Below, piece by piece: positions 17,120 through 25,830 of a stretch of 61,365 bases of DNA. Numbering within the stretch: position 1 is the stretch's first letter; every line of letters begins with the position of its first letter. Where the stretch lies: positions 1-61,365 of the forward strand of contig CAMDUT010000001.1 in NCBI GenBank assembly GCA_945877905.1, read 5' to 3'. Below the pieces are notes generated by a model, which was not told the DNA's origin, made no database searches, and was given only the letters and a program-made list of their open reading frames with translations. Source of the stretch: Phycisphaera mikurensis NBRC 102666. GTDB lineage: Bacteria > Planctomycetota > Phycisphaerae > Phycisphaerales > SM1A02. A program made the translations under genes and the position numbers.

Positions 17120-18781
17120 TCACTTGGCGATGGTCCAGTTGGAGAGCAGGATCCCGAGGTCCGCGCCGTCCACGACGCCGTCCTGGTCGAGGTCGCCATA
17201 CGGCGGTCGCGACTGTCCCCACAGCGCGAGCAGGCCCCCGAGGTCGATGCCGTCGACGAAACCGTCGAGGTTGAGGTCGCCGCGCAGGAGCTCGCACGCG
17301 TCGAGCGCGCCGTTCGCGTTCTTGTCCTCCGCACCGACCGCGATCTGGCACGCGTCGACGACGCCGTTCCCGTCGCAGTCGGCCGCCGACCCGCTCGCGA
17401 GCTCGCATGCGTCGAGCACGCCGTTCGCGTCACAGTCGCCGAACGCGAGCTCGCACCCGTCATCGACGCCCGAGCCGTCGCAGTCGACGGCGACGCGTTG
17501 GTATCGCAGCGCGACCGAGAGCGTGGCCGACGCGCACCCGGCCGACGTCGCATTGAGCGAAGGCTCGACCCGGACCACGACGGAGCCGTCCGCGACCGCG
17601 GATGCGAACGTCGCGGGATCGAGCGCGATCACCTGCCGCGACTCGGCCGCGGAGCAGTTCGATGCACCGGACCCGGACCCGAACACGCCGCTCGCGACGA
17701 CGGCGCCGTCGATGCGCACCGTGAGGAACTTGGTCGCGCTCCCGAGGTTTCCCCGGGCGATGACCTCGAGCTCGGCGCCCAGGATTCCCGGAGCGAGGCC
17801 GGTGAAGGCGTGGCTGCGGGGAGCGGCGAACGAGAAGGGCGCGAGTTCGGGGCTCGCATGCCACTCGAGCGTCGAGGAGCACGCGGCGGCGATGGCGTGG
17901 CGACGGCCGGCCGAGAGGAGGTGCACCGGCGGGAGGTCCGAGGGGACCTGTTCCAACGCAGGCGTTCCCCATACGCGCACGGAACCGTCCGCGTGCAAGG
18001 CGATGCTGAAGTCCCAGCCCGCGTCGACGGCCACCACCTCGCCGAGGTCGGCTGGCACCGTCGTGTGCGGCAGTCCGGGCGTACCCCAGGCGACCACCTG
18101 GCCCTCGGGGAGGATGGCAACCCCGTGCGTCAGCCCGAGCGCCAAGGAGCGCGCGTGGGTGAACGGCAGACCACCGGGTGGCGTCAGGTTTCCCCAGGCA
18201 AATGCGCGGCCATCGGCACGGATGCAGGCCGAGGCTTGGCCGTTGGCGCTGATCAACCGCGCGGGGATGGCGTCCGGCGGACCGTCAAGCGGCACGTTGG
18301 GTGCATCGACCCACCGACCCCACGCACGCATCGAACCATCGGACTTCAGTGCAAGAGTGTGAATGTCGCCCGCGTCGATGGCGATGATGCCCGAGAGGTC
18401 TTGGGGAACCGATGCTTGGCCGTAGTCGACTCCGCCGCACAACGCCGCAACGACCGTTCCATCAAGCCGCAACGCAACCGTGTGATAGAGCCCGCAGCTC
18501 ACGTCCCGGAACGGACCGAGTGCCGGGGAGATGGCCGGGACGCACGCCCCGGCCGATCCCCAGAATCGGAGCGTGCCGTCCTCGAGCAGCGCGGCGTTGT
18601 GCGTGGAGCTGGCGGACAACTTGACCACGTCGCCGAAGCCCGGCTGGGTGGCTGTCAGCGGGTCTCCGGGCGACGAGCCCCACCCGTAGACGGGAACCTG
18701 CGCGCGGGCCGGGGCGGTCGAAAGCGACAGCGCCATTGAAATCGCCAACCCGAAGACTGAAGTGGTCGCATGCGAGTCCAT
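17120..18781 (-). CDS. Secreted RCC1-repeat beta-propeller protein with C-terminal Cys/Asp-rich DCDxNGxxDxCE repeats and dockerin/EF-hand-like modules
   Basis: Signal MDSHATTSVFGLAISMALSLSTAPARAQ. RCC1-like blades: VYGWGS, HNAALLEDGTLRFWG, YHTVALRLDGTV, HTLALKSDGSMRAWG, FSIALHADGSVRVWG. Tail: DCDGNGVVDACQI...GDLNLDGFVDGIDLGGLLALWG...GDLDQDGVVDGADLGILLSNW. An alternative start lies at 18805. Confidence 0.85.
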   Translation of the reverse strand: MDSHATTSVFGLAISMALSLSTAPARAQVPVYGWGSSPGDPLTATQPGFGDVVKLSASSTHNAALLEDGTLRFWGSAGACVPAISPALGPFRDVSCGLYHTVALRLDGTVVAALCGGVDYGQASVPQDLSGIIAIDAGDIHTLALKSDGSMRAWGRWVDAPNVPLDGPPDAIPARLISANGQASACIRADGRAFAWGNLTPPGGLPFTHARSLALGLTHGVAILPEGQVVAWGTPGLPHTTVPADLGEVVAVDAGWDFSIALHADGSVRVWGTPALEQVPSDLPPVHLLSAGRRHAIAAACSSTLEWHASPELAPFSFAAPRSHAFTGLAPGILGAELEVIARGNLGSATKFLTVRIDGAVVASGVFGSGSGASNCSAAESRQVIALDPATFASAVADGSVVVRVEPSLNATSAGCASATLSVALRYQRVAVDCDGSGVDDGCELAFGDCDANGVLDACELASGSAADCDGNGVVDACQIAVGAEDKNANGALDACELLRGDLNLDGFVDGIDLGGLLALWGQSRPPYGDLDQDGVVDGADLGILLSNWTIAK

Positions 18782-18801
18782 GTTCAACTCCTGACTTCCT
18801 T

Positions 18802-19488
18802 TCACGCGCGGTCGATCGACCGATCAATGCTGCCACTCGAGTTCCTGATGATCGGTTCCGGATCGACGCCGACCGCCTCGGCGAGCTCTCGAACGGATTG
18901 CTCGCACCGCGCGATGTCGATTCCGAACTCAGGGTACGTCTCCGACGCCGTTCGCATGTTTCCAAGGTGGATCGCCATGGACGCGAGTCGATGCATGCGT
19001 GCGTCTGGTGGCGGGGATTCGGACTCGAACTTCGCGGCGGCGTGTCGCGTCGCCCAATCCAAGTCACGTCCCCGCAGCGCGGCATGAATCAGGTGCGACA
19101 TCCTTGGTGCCCCATTGCGCACGGGCCGCAGGTACCACGGGGTCCGCATCCGGGTGAGCATTCCCCGGGCCATGAGCATCAGGAGGATCGCCCCCACCCC
19201 GAGTCCCGCGCCGCGCATGGTCGGGCGCATCTCCGCGGGGTTGGCCCAATCGACGCGCAACGCGAGCGCCGCCATCCATGCAACGAGCAGCGCGACGGTA
19301 GTGGCCGTGACGAACCCATCGGACCTCGCGATCCGCGCGATGGCCTGAGCGAGCAGCGCAAGGCGCGACCGCCACGGATGCCGCGGCTCGGCCTCGAGGG
19401 CGCGAAGCGCGTCCTCGCACCGGCGGCGCCACTCCGCGGGGGTCATCGGTCGTTGGTCACTGGCTGTTGGCGCGCCGGGTTCGGTCAT
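18802..19488 (-). CDS. Hypothetical membrane protein (2 predicted TM segments)
   Basis: Reasonable composition. Hydrophobic segments VTATTVALLVAWMAALAL and GAGLGVGAILLMLMA. It ends 20 nt upstream of the RCC1 gene start. I recognise no family. Confidence 0.55.
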   Translation of the reverse strand: MTEPGAPTASDQRPMTPAEWRRRCEDALRALEAEPRHPWRSRLALLAQAIARIARSDGFVTATTVALLVAWMAALALRVDWANPAEMRPTMRGAGLGVGAILLMLMARGMLTRMRTPWYLRPVRNGAPRMSHLIHAALRGRDLDWATRHAAAKFESESPPPDARMHRLASMAIHLGNMRTASETYPEFGIDIARCEQSVRELAEAVGVDPEPIIRNSSGSIDRSIDRA

Positions 19489-19571
19489 GGGAAAGGGCCG
19501 CAATCCAAGCCCTCCCCGGAAACGCACCCCGCAGGGTGATCTTGGCGGGAGCGGGTAGAAATCCATGCAGA

Positions 19572-20303
19572 TTGTCGCCCTCCCCCGACCTCCACGCCAT
19601 CCTCGCCCTCGACAAGCCGCTGGGCATCACCAGCATGCAGGCGGTGGCGCGGGTGCGGCGCCTGGCGGGCGGGGCGCGCACGGGGCACGCGGGCACGCTG
19701 GACCCGCTGGCGACCGGGGTGCTGGTCCTGGCCCTCGGCAAGTGCACCCGGCAGATCGAGTCGCTCATGGCGACCGAGAAGCGCTACCTCACCGAGATCG
19801 ACCTCACCGCTTTCACGGCCACCGACGACGTGGAGGGCGAGCGCACCGAGGTTCCGCTGGGCTCGCCTGGCGCGGCCGCGGCCCCGCCCGCGCGCGCGGA
19901 GCTCGAGCGTCTGCTCGCCGAACGGTTCACCGGCACCGTGATGCAGCGGCCGCCCGCCTTCAGCGCGATGAAGGTGGGCGGACGGCGCGCCTACGCCATG
20001 GCGCGCAAGGGCGAGGCTCCCGAGCTCGCGCCGCGGCCGGTCACCATCCACTCCATCGCGCTCACGGCGTACGAATGGCCGCGCGTGGCGCTCAACATCC
20101 ACTGCGGCAAGGGCACCTACGTGCGCAGCATCGCGCGCGAACTGGGGCAGGCACTCGGCACGGGCGGCCACTGCACCATGATCCGGCGCACCGCGGTGGG
20201 CGCGTTCACCATCGACCGCGCCGTGCGGATGGACGCGCTCCCCGATCGGATTACGCAGGAGTGGCTGGACGCGCACGGCGTGGCGGCCCCGCCAGCGAAC
20301 TGA
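19572..20303 (+). CDS. truB: tRNA pseudouridine(55) synthase
   Basis: ILALDKPLGITSMQAVARVRR...TGHAGTLDPLATGVLVLALGKCTR (catalytic Asp motif), then KRYLTEIDL and MQRPPAFSAMKVGGRRAY. The start is uncertain: TTG 19572 is preferred, and the ORF opens at 19467. Confidence 0.85.
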   Translation: MSPSPDLHAILALDKPLGITSMQAVARVRRLAGGARTGHAGTLDPLATGVLVLALGKCTRQIESLMATEKRYLTEIDLTAFTATDDVEGERTEVPLGSPGAAAAPPARAELERLLAERFTGTVMQRPPAFSAMKVGGRRAYAMARKGEAPELAPRPVTIHSIALTAYEWPRVALNIHCGKGTYVRSIARELGQALGTGGHCTMIRRTAVGAFTIDRAVRMDALPDRITQEWLDAHGVAAPPAN

Positions 20304-21438
20304 GCTCGCGGAGCATGCGCTCGAGCCCGCAGGAGACGCGCGCTCCGCTGCCGGCGTCACGCGCGACCCGCGACACGAGGAACGCGCGCGTCGCGGACAC
20401 CATGGCGGCACAGCGGTCGAGCCGCGCCAGGTCGTGCGGCGACGGGTCGGAGGTGAGCTTGATCTCGATGGCCCAGCGCTCTCGGCCGCTCTCGAGCACC
20501 AGGTCGAGCTCGTACCCGTCGCTCGTGCGGAAGTGGAACGCCTGATGGGGAATGCCGAGCGCAGAGAGCGTGCCGAGGCACTGCTCGACCACGTAGCCCT
20601 CCCAACTGGCCCCGACGCTCGGATGCGACAGCAGCTCGTCCATGGAATGGACGCCGAGCAGCGCGTGCAGCAGCCCGGAGTCCCGCCAATGGAGGCGCGG
20701 CGCCTTGACCAGGCGCTTGGAGAGGTTGCCATGGAACGCGGGGAGCCGACGGATGAGGAAGCATCCCTCGACGTAGTCGGTGTAAGCGGCGGCGCTCTGG
20801 TAGTTGACGCCCAGGCTGCGGCCGAGCTCGGATGCGTTCCACTGCTGTCCCGTGAGCGCGGCCAGCATGCGCAGGAAGCGCTCGGTGACCTGCGGCCGGC
20901 ACGGGATGCCCGCCGCAGGAAGATCACGCTCCACCAACAGCCGCAGGTAACTCGACTGCCACCGCGGGAACGCACCGGCGCGGCGGACGCCTCCGTCGGG
21001 GAACCCGCCCGTGAGCCAGCGGCGCGAGCGCATCGGCGCGGCCCTCAGCTCGCCGAGCAGGAACGGGGTCAGCTCGATGACCGCCATGCGGCCGGCGAGC
21101 GACTCCGCCACCGTCCGCATGAGCATGGGCGAGACCGACCCGAGCAGCAGGAAGCGTCCGTTGCGGCGCCGGTCCCGGTCGATCGCGGCCCGCAGGCGCG
21201 GGAAGACGGCCGGGAACGACTGCGCCTCGTCGAGCAGCACGCGCGCGCGGCCCGCCGCCAGCCCGTCCCACTCGAGGTCGAGGCGGACACGCTCGGACTC
21301 CTGCTCGAGGTCGAAGTACTCGCCGCCGACCATCCGGGCGAGCGTGGTCTTGCCGCATTGGCGCGGGCCGACGATCACCGCCGCGGGGAAGGCGGACAGC
21401 GCGGAGCGGAGCTGGCGGGCGGCGAGGCGCCGGAGCAT
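20251..21438 (-). CDS. AAA+ ATPase, AAA_14/DUF4143 family
   Basis: Walker A VIVGPRQCGKTTLAR, Walker B VLLDEAQ, then the characteristic C-terminal block (LLHALLG...EGYVVEQ...FHFRTSDGYELDLVLE). Confidence 0.85.
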   Translation of the reverse strand: MLRRLAARQLRSALSAFPAAVIVGPRQCGKTTLARMVGGEYFDLEQESERVRLDLEWDGLAAGRARVLLDEAQSFPAVFPRLRAAIDRDRRRNGRFLLLGSVSPMLMRTVAESLAGRMAVIELTPFLLGELRAAPMRSRRWLTGGFPDGGVRRAGAFPRWQSSYLRLLVERDLPAAGIPCRPQVTERFLRMLAALTGQQWNASELGRSLGVNYQSAAAYTDYVEGCFLIRRLPAFHGNLSKRLVKAPRLHWRDSGLLHALLGVHSMDELLSHPSVGASWEGYVVEQCLGTLSALGIPHQAFHFRTSDGYELDLVLESGRERWAIEIKLTSDPSPHDLARLDRCAAMVSATRAFLVSRVARDAGSGARVSCGLERMLRELSSLAGPPRRARPATPA

Positions 21439-21440
21439 GC

Positions 21441-21472
21441 TTGCAGATTACAATCCGATTTGTAATTTGCAA
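21441..21472. promoter_or_regulatory. AT-rich 13-bp imperfect palindrome between lspA and the AAA ATPase gene
   Basis: TTGCAGATTACAA-tccgat-TTGTAATTTGCAA, with 12 of 13 arm positions complementary. It is the only strongly AT-rich patch in this neighbourhood. It sits 3 nt after the lspA stop and 2 nt before the ATPase ATG. Confidence 0.5.
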
Positions 21473-21475
21473 GCC

Positions 21476-22105
21476 TCAACCTGCCGGGGCCGCGCCCTCG
21501 GCCGCCTTCGCGCGCGCGGCGCGGCGGTCCGAGAGGTGCACCGCGAGCATCAGGAGGCACATGCCCGCGATGAGCTCCATGTCGGCCACGTTGAAGACCC
21601 ACGGGAACCACTCGTCGCTGCCGCCCGGCCAGTGAAGCCCGAAGGGAAGCTCCCGGCGCGGGAAGAGGTGCAGGAAGTCGCGGACCGCGCCCACCGAGAC
21701 GCGGTCGACCATGTTGCCGATGCCGCCCGCGAGCACCAGCGCGAGCCCCACGTGGCTCATGTGGCTTCGCGACGACGTATGGCGCCCGAACACCCAGAGC
21801 GCCGTCCCCACCGCGAGCACCGTGAACGCGATGAACAGCGCGCCCCGCCCCTGGCCGATCCCGAACACGGCGCCGTGGTTGAGGACGAGGCGGAAGTCGA
21901 GGAGGTCGGGCGGCACCGCGCGCACGCCCGCATGCCAAGGCAGCGAGTACGACGGGTTGCCCGCGACGTCCTCGTAGCGAAGCGTCACCGGCCGGTCGGC
22001 CACGGTGCGGAACGCCCAGTCCTTCGTCCAGAGGTCGAGCGCCAGCGCGAGCGCGAAGGTCGCCAGCAGCACCGCCCACGCGCGCGCCGAACGCCAGGCG
22101 CGCAT
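21476..22105 (-). CDS. lspA: Lipoprotein signal peptidase (signal peptidase II)
   Basis: LDLWTKDWA, LVLNHGAVFGIG, GGIGNMVDR, FNVADMELIAG. Four TM segments. Confidence 0.9.
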   Translation of the reverse strand: MRAWRSARAWAVLLATFALALALDLWTKDWAFRTVADRPVTLRYEDVAGNPSYSLPWHAGVRAVPPDLLDFRLVLNHGAVFGIGQGRGALFIAFTVLAVGTALWVFGRHTSSRSHMSHVGLALVLAGGIGNMVDRVSVGAVRDFLHLFPRRELPFGLHWPGGSDEWFPWVFNVADMELIAGMCLLMLAVHLSDRRAARAKAAEGAAPAG

Positions 22106-22109
22106 GGCG

Positions 22110-23168
22110 TCAGCGACCGCCCATCTTCTCGATCTGGCGCGCGGCCTCGACCGTGTACTTCGCCCACGGCTTCGCGTCGAGGCGCGCCTTCGGGATGGGC
22201 TTGCCGGTCAGCTGGCACACGCCGTAGGTCTTCGCGACGACGCGGTCGAGCGCCTCGTCGATCTCGCGCAGCAGCTCGCGCTCGGTCTCGGCCATGCCGA
22301 TGGCGAGGTCCTGGTCGAACGTGTCGGTGCCGATGTCGGCCATGTGGAGCGGCATGTTCGAGAGGTTGCCGCCGGAGCTGCGCAGCGCCTCGTCCTCGAG
22401 CCCGGTGACGCGCGCGATGAGCTCGGCGCGCGCCTCGAGCAGGATCTGCTTGTACTCGTTCAGTTCCTTCGCCGAGAGGCGCGTCTTGATCGCGGCGATC
22501 TGCGCGTCGGTCGGGCCCTCGTCGCGCGGCTTTTCGGCGGCCGCCTTCGTGGGCGCCTTCTTCTTCGAGACCGGCGCCTTGGCGGCGATCACGCGCACGC
22601 GGCGGCCGTTCACGACGACGTAGCCGTTGGCGTCAGGCTTCATCGCGGCGGCGACGTGCGCCACGCTCTTCACGTTCGTGAAGTCGATCTTCTTGCCCTT
22701 GTTGGCGGCGCGCTCGGCGGCGAGCTGCTGCTGGCGCAGGGCCTCGAGGGCCTCCTTGCGCGGGTCGCGGATGGAGGGCGGCGGCGCGCCCTTGCCTGGC
22801 TTCTTCTTCGGCGGCGGCGCCTCGTTCGAGGCACGCCACACCTGCTTCGGGGCCACCGCGGGGATGACCTCCTTGGGGCCGGAGTTGATGAGCTTGGGGA
22901 TCACCAGCGGCGCGGGCGCGGGCTTGGCGGCCGGCGCGGGCGCCGGGGCCTTCGGCGCGGGCTTGGCGGGGACCGCCTTCGCGGGCGCGGGCTTCGCGGG
23001 CGGCGCCTTGGCGGGCACCTGCTTCGGCGCGACCTTCGCGACCGGCTTCGCCGGCGCCTTCGCGGCGGGCTTGGCGGGTGCCTTCGCCGCGGGCTTCGCC
23101 GGGACCTTCGCCTTGGGCGCGGGCTTCGCCTGCTTCTTCTCGACAGCCTTCTTACCGGACTTTGCCAT
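22110..23168 (-). CDS. DksA/TraR-family regulator with a long N-terminal Lys/Ala/Pro-rich (histone H1/AlgP-like) extension
   Basis: C-terminal roughly 120 aa: LSAKELNEYKQILLEARAELIARV...MADIGTDTFDQDLAIGMAETERELLREIDEALDRVVAKTYGVCQLTGKPIPKARLDAKPWAKYTVEAA. N-terminal roughly 100 aa: AKPAPKAKVPAKPAAKAPAKPAAKAPAKPVAKVAPK... It lies immediately upstream of lspA with a 4-nt gap. Confidence 0.85.
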   Translation of the reverse strand: MAKSGKKAVEKKQAKPAPKAKVPAKPAAKAPAKPAAKAPAKPVAKVAPKQVPAKAPPAKPAPAKAVPAKPAPKAPAPAPAAKPAPAPLVIPKLINSGPKEVIPAVAPKQVWRASNEAPPPKKKPGKGAPPPSIRDPRKEALEALRQQQLAAERAANKGKKIDFTNVKSVAHVAAAMKPDANGYVVVNGRRVRVIAAKAPVSKKKAPTKAAAEKPRDEGPTDAQIAAIKTRLSAKELNEYKQILLEARAELIARVTGLEDEALRSSGGNLSNMPLHMADIGTDTFDQDLAIGMAETERELLREIDEALDRVVAKTYGVCQLTGKPIPKARLDAKPWAKYTVEAARQIEKMGGR

Positions 23169-23340
23169 GCCGATGTCGCCCTCGAAGAAATGCCGGAATG
23201 CGAAGCGACGCGCCGAGCAGCGCGAAGAAGGCGTAATTCTAGCGAAATCCGTGCGACCCGTCAACGTCGTTCGCGCGATCCGGGGGTGGCCATTGCGCGA
23301 GCACGCGCCGCGCGCCCCGCCCCGCCGCGCACTGCTTCGC

Positions 23341-24300
23341 CTACTTCACGCTGCCGATCGCGCGGAACTTCTCGAAGCGCTTGCGCACCAGCGTGTCGGG
23401 GTCGATGCGCTGCAGCTCGCGCACCCAGTCGACCACGTAGTGCTGGATGCGCTCGGCCATGGCCCTTGGGTTCCGGTGCGCGCCGCCGAGGGGCTCGGGG
23501 ATCACGTCGTCGACGAGGCCGTTCTTCAGGTTGTGCGTCGCGGTGAGCGACAGCGCGTTCGCCGCCAGGTTGTTGGTGCGCTCGTTGGCCTCCTTCCAGA
23601 GGATGGCCGCGCAGCCCTCGGGGCTGATCACGCTGTACCAGCTGTTCTGCAGCATGGCCACGCGGTCGCCGACGGCGATGCCGAGCGCGCCACCCGAGCC
23701 GCCCTCGCCAATCACGATGCAGATGACCGGCACCCGCAGGCGGCTCATCTCGCGGAGGTTCACCGCGATGCTCTCTGCCTGCCCGCGCTGCTCGGCGCCG
23801 ATGCCCGGGTACGCGCCCGGCGTGTCGACGAACGTCACGATCGGCAGCCGAAACTTCTCGGCGAGCTTCATCTTGAGGAGCGCCTTGCGGTAGCCCTCGG
23901 GATGCGCGCAGCCGAAATGGCACGCGAGCCGCTCCTTGGTGTCGCGGCCCTTCTGGTGCCCCACCACCAGGCACTTCACGCTGCCGATGCGGCCGAAGCC
24001 GGTGACGATGGCCGGGTCGTCGCCGTGGCGACGGTCGCCGTGCAGCTCGCACCAGTCGCGGCAGATCATCTGGAGGTAGTCGAGCGTCTGCGGGCGCTGC
24101 GGGTGCCGCGCCACGCGCACGGTCTGCCAGGGCGAGAGGTTGCCGTAGGTCTTCGAGAGGAGGCTGTTGCGCGTCTCCTGCAGCGTGGCGATCTCGTCGG
24201 CGAGCGCGGCGGCGTCGGGGCGCGCCTCGAGGGCCTCGATCTGGCGCTCGATCTCGGCGATGGGCTGCTCGAAGTCGAGGATCTGGACGGCGGTGCTCAT
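23341..24300 (-). CDS. accA: Acetyl-CoA carboxylase carboxyltransferase subunit alpha
   Basis: LDFEQPIAEIERQIEAL, RHPQRPQTLDY, LPIVTFVDTPGAYPGIGAEQRGQAESIA, VIGEGGSGGALG. Confidence 0.95.
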   Translation of the reverse strand: MSTAVQILDFEQPIAEIERQIEALEARPDAAALADEIATLQETRNSLLSKTYGNLSPWQTVRVARHPQRPQTLDYLQMICRDWCELHGDRRHGDDPAIVTGFGRIGSVKCLVVGHQKGRDTKERLACHFGCAHPEGYRKALLKMKLAEKFRLPIVTFVDTPGAYPGIGAEQRGQAESIAVNLREMSRLRVPVICIVIGEGGSGGALGIAVGDRVAMLQNSWYSVISPEGCAAILWKEANERTNNLAANALSLTATHNLKNGLVDDVIPEPLGGAHRNPRAMAERIQHYVVDWVRELQRIDPDTLVRKRFEKFRAIGSVK

Positions 24301-24344
24301 TGCGCGAATCCTAGCGCGCCCCCGGGTTCGATAGCCTGCGCCCC

Positions 24345-25160
24345 ATGGCAGACGGATCCGACGGCTCCTTGCGCTGGGCGTTCGTGGGATGCGGCAACCT
24401 CGGCTCCGCGATCCTGTCGCGCGCCGTGGCGCAGGGCACCGTGGACCCGGAGCACGCGCTCGCGGTGGACGGCGAGGAGCCGCGCCGCGCGGCCGCGGAG
24501 GCGATCGGCGTGCGCGCCACGTCGCGCGCGGCCGAGGCGCGCGGTGCCGCGAACCTGGTGCTCGCGGTGAAGCCCCAGCAGTTCGAGCAGCTCGCGAAGG
24601 AGCTCGGCCGCCTCGACGGCGAGGCGCTGGTGGTGAGCGTGATGGCCGGGTGGTCGAGCGCGTCGATCCGCTCGGCGCTGGGCGGGAAGGTGCGAGTGGT
24701 GCGCGCGATGCCGAACACGCCGGCGACCGTGGGGCTCGGGTTCACGGCGGTGGCCGCGGGCGCCGGCGCGGCGGACGCCGACGTCGCGCGCACGCAGCGG
24801 CTCTTCGCGTCGCTCGGCGGGACGTGCCGCGTCGAAGAGCGCCTGATGGACGCGGCCACCGCGGCGATCGGCAGCGCCCCCGCCTACCTGTACCTCCTGG
24901 CCGAGGCGCAGGTGGCCGCGGCACGCGAGCTCGGCCTCGACGAGGCGGTAGCGCGCGAGGCCACGGTGCGCACGATGCTGGGCGCGGCCTCGCTCATGGC
25001 GACCACGGGCCGCGACCCCGCGCAGCTGCGCGCCGACGTGACGAGCGCGGGCGGAACCACCGCCGCCGCGGTGCGCGCGTTCGAGGAGCGCGGGTTCCGC
25101 GACGCCGTGCACGCGGCGATGCGTGCCGCGCGCGACCGCGCGGCCGAGCTGGGGCGCTGA
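24345..25160 (+). CDS. proC: Pyrroline-5-carboxylate reductase
   Basis: AFVGCGNLGSAIL (Rossmann), LAVKPQQF, RAMPNTPATVG, SAPAYLYLLAEA, VTSAGGTT. Confidence 0.9.
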   Translation: MADGSDGSLRWAFVGCGNLGSAILSRAVAQGTVDPEHALAVDGEEPRRAAAEAIGVRATSRAAEARGAANLVLAVKPQQFEQLAKELGRLDGEALVVSVMAGWSSASIRSALGGKVRVVRAMPNTPATVGLGFTAVAAGAGAADADVARTQRLFASLGGTCRVEERLMDAATAAIGSAPAYLYLLAEAQVAAARELGLDEAVAREATVRTMLGAASLMATTGRDPAQLRADVTSAGGTTAAAVRAFEERGFRDAVHAAMRAARDRAAELGR

Positions 25161-25219
25161 GCGGGCGGAGCCGTCCCCGGGGCCGCCGCGGGCGTCGGGG
25201 CATGCAGCCCGCAACGCGC

Positions 25220-25810
25220 TCACGGATGGACGTGGAGCCTGAACGCCGACTCGCGGATCTCGTGGGCGCGCGCGGCGCGCAGCGCGCGCATGGCGGCGCG
25301 CAGGCCGCTCGCCGTCAGCGGGTGCTTCTGCAGCTCGAGCAGGAACGACATCTCGAAGAGCGTGGACTCGGTCCAGTCCACCTCCTTGCAGAATCCCGAG
25401 ACGCCGACCGCGCCGGTGGCGCGCAGGAACCGCCCGATGCGCCGCGCGGGCACGTCGATGGTGCTGCACCCGCCGAAGTGGATGAACCGGCCCGCGCACC
25501 GGCCCGCGAGCACCTCCTCGAGGCGGTCGAGGTGCACGCGCTCGTCGGGGCGGCGCATGTCGCCGGGAAGCAGCAGCCCCTTGCGCGAGTGGATCGCCAC
25601 CCACAGGATCTCGAACCCGCTCTGGCGCTCCTGGAACCACTTGCGGAGGTAGTGCTCGAGCTCGGGCCGCGTGGCCACGTCGCGGTGGATGAACGGGACG
25701 TGGTAGTCCGACGCGCGCAGGAACTCGAGCCCGGGGCGCACCGACACGGACGAGCGCAGCCCGAACCACTCGGCCTCGAGGCAGAAGATGCCCTTGCGGT
25801 AGACGAGCAC
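25220..25810 (-). CDS. Hypothetical protein with a caspase/CHAT-like His...Cys arrangement
   Basis: GTG start 20 nt after the permease stop. Sequence: (M)LVYRKGIFCLEAEWFG...FEILWVAIHSRKGLLLPGD...VHLDRLEEVLAGRCAGRFIHFGGCSTIDV... The strand-H-x-x-G and strand-GGC layout resembles the catalytic dyad region of the caspase-haemoglobinase fold. This comes from pattern recognition only. Confidence 0.6.
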   Translation of the reverse strand: MLVYRKGIFCLEAEWFGLRSSVSVRPGLEFLRASDYHVPFIHRDVATRPELEHYLRKWFQERQSGFEILWVAIHSRKGLLLPGDMRRPDERVHLDRLEEVLAGRCAGRFIHFGGCSTIDVPARRIGRFLRATGAVGVSGFCKEVDWTESTLFEMSFLLELQKHPLTASGLRAAMRALRAARAHEIRESAFRLHVHP

Positions 25811-25830
25811 GCAGAGGATCGTAACGGCGG

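Noticed and set aside
20251-20303. The 53-nt convergent overlap of the truB and AAA ATPase 3' ends as a possible antisense regulatory feature.
   Set aside because: Convergent overlaps of this size are common in compact GC-rich genomes, and nothing else supports a special role.
22860-23140. Short-period DNA repetition that could be mistaken for a minisatellite or degenerate CRISPR-like array.
   Set aside because: It lies in frame inside a CDS and encodes the AKP-rich low-complexity tail. There are no constant repeat and variable spacer units.
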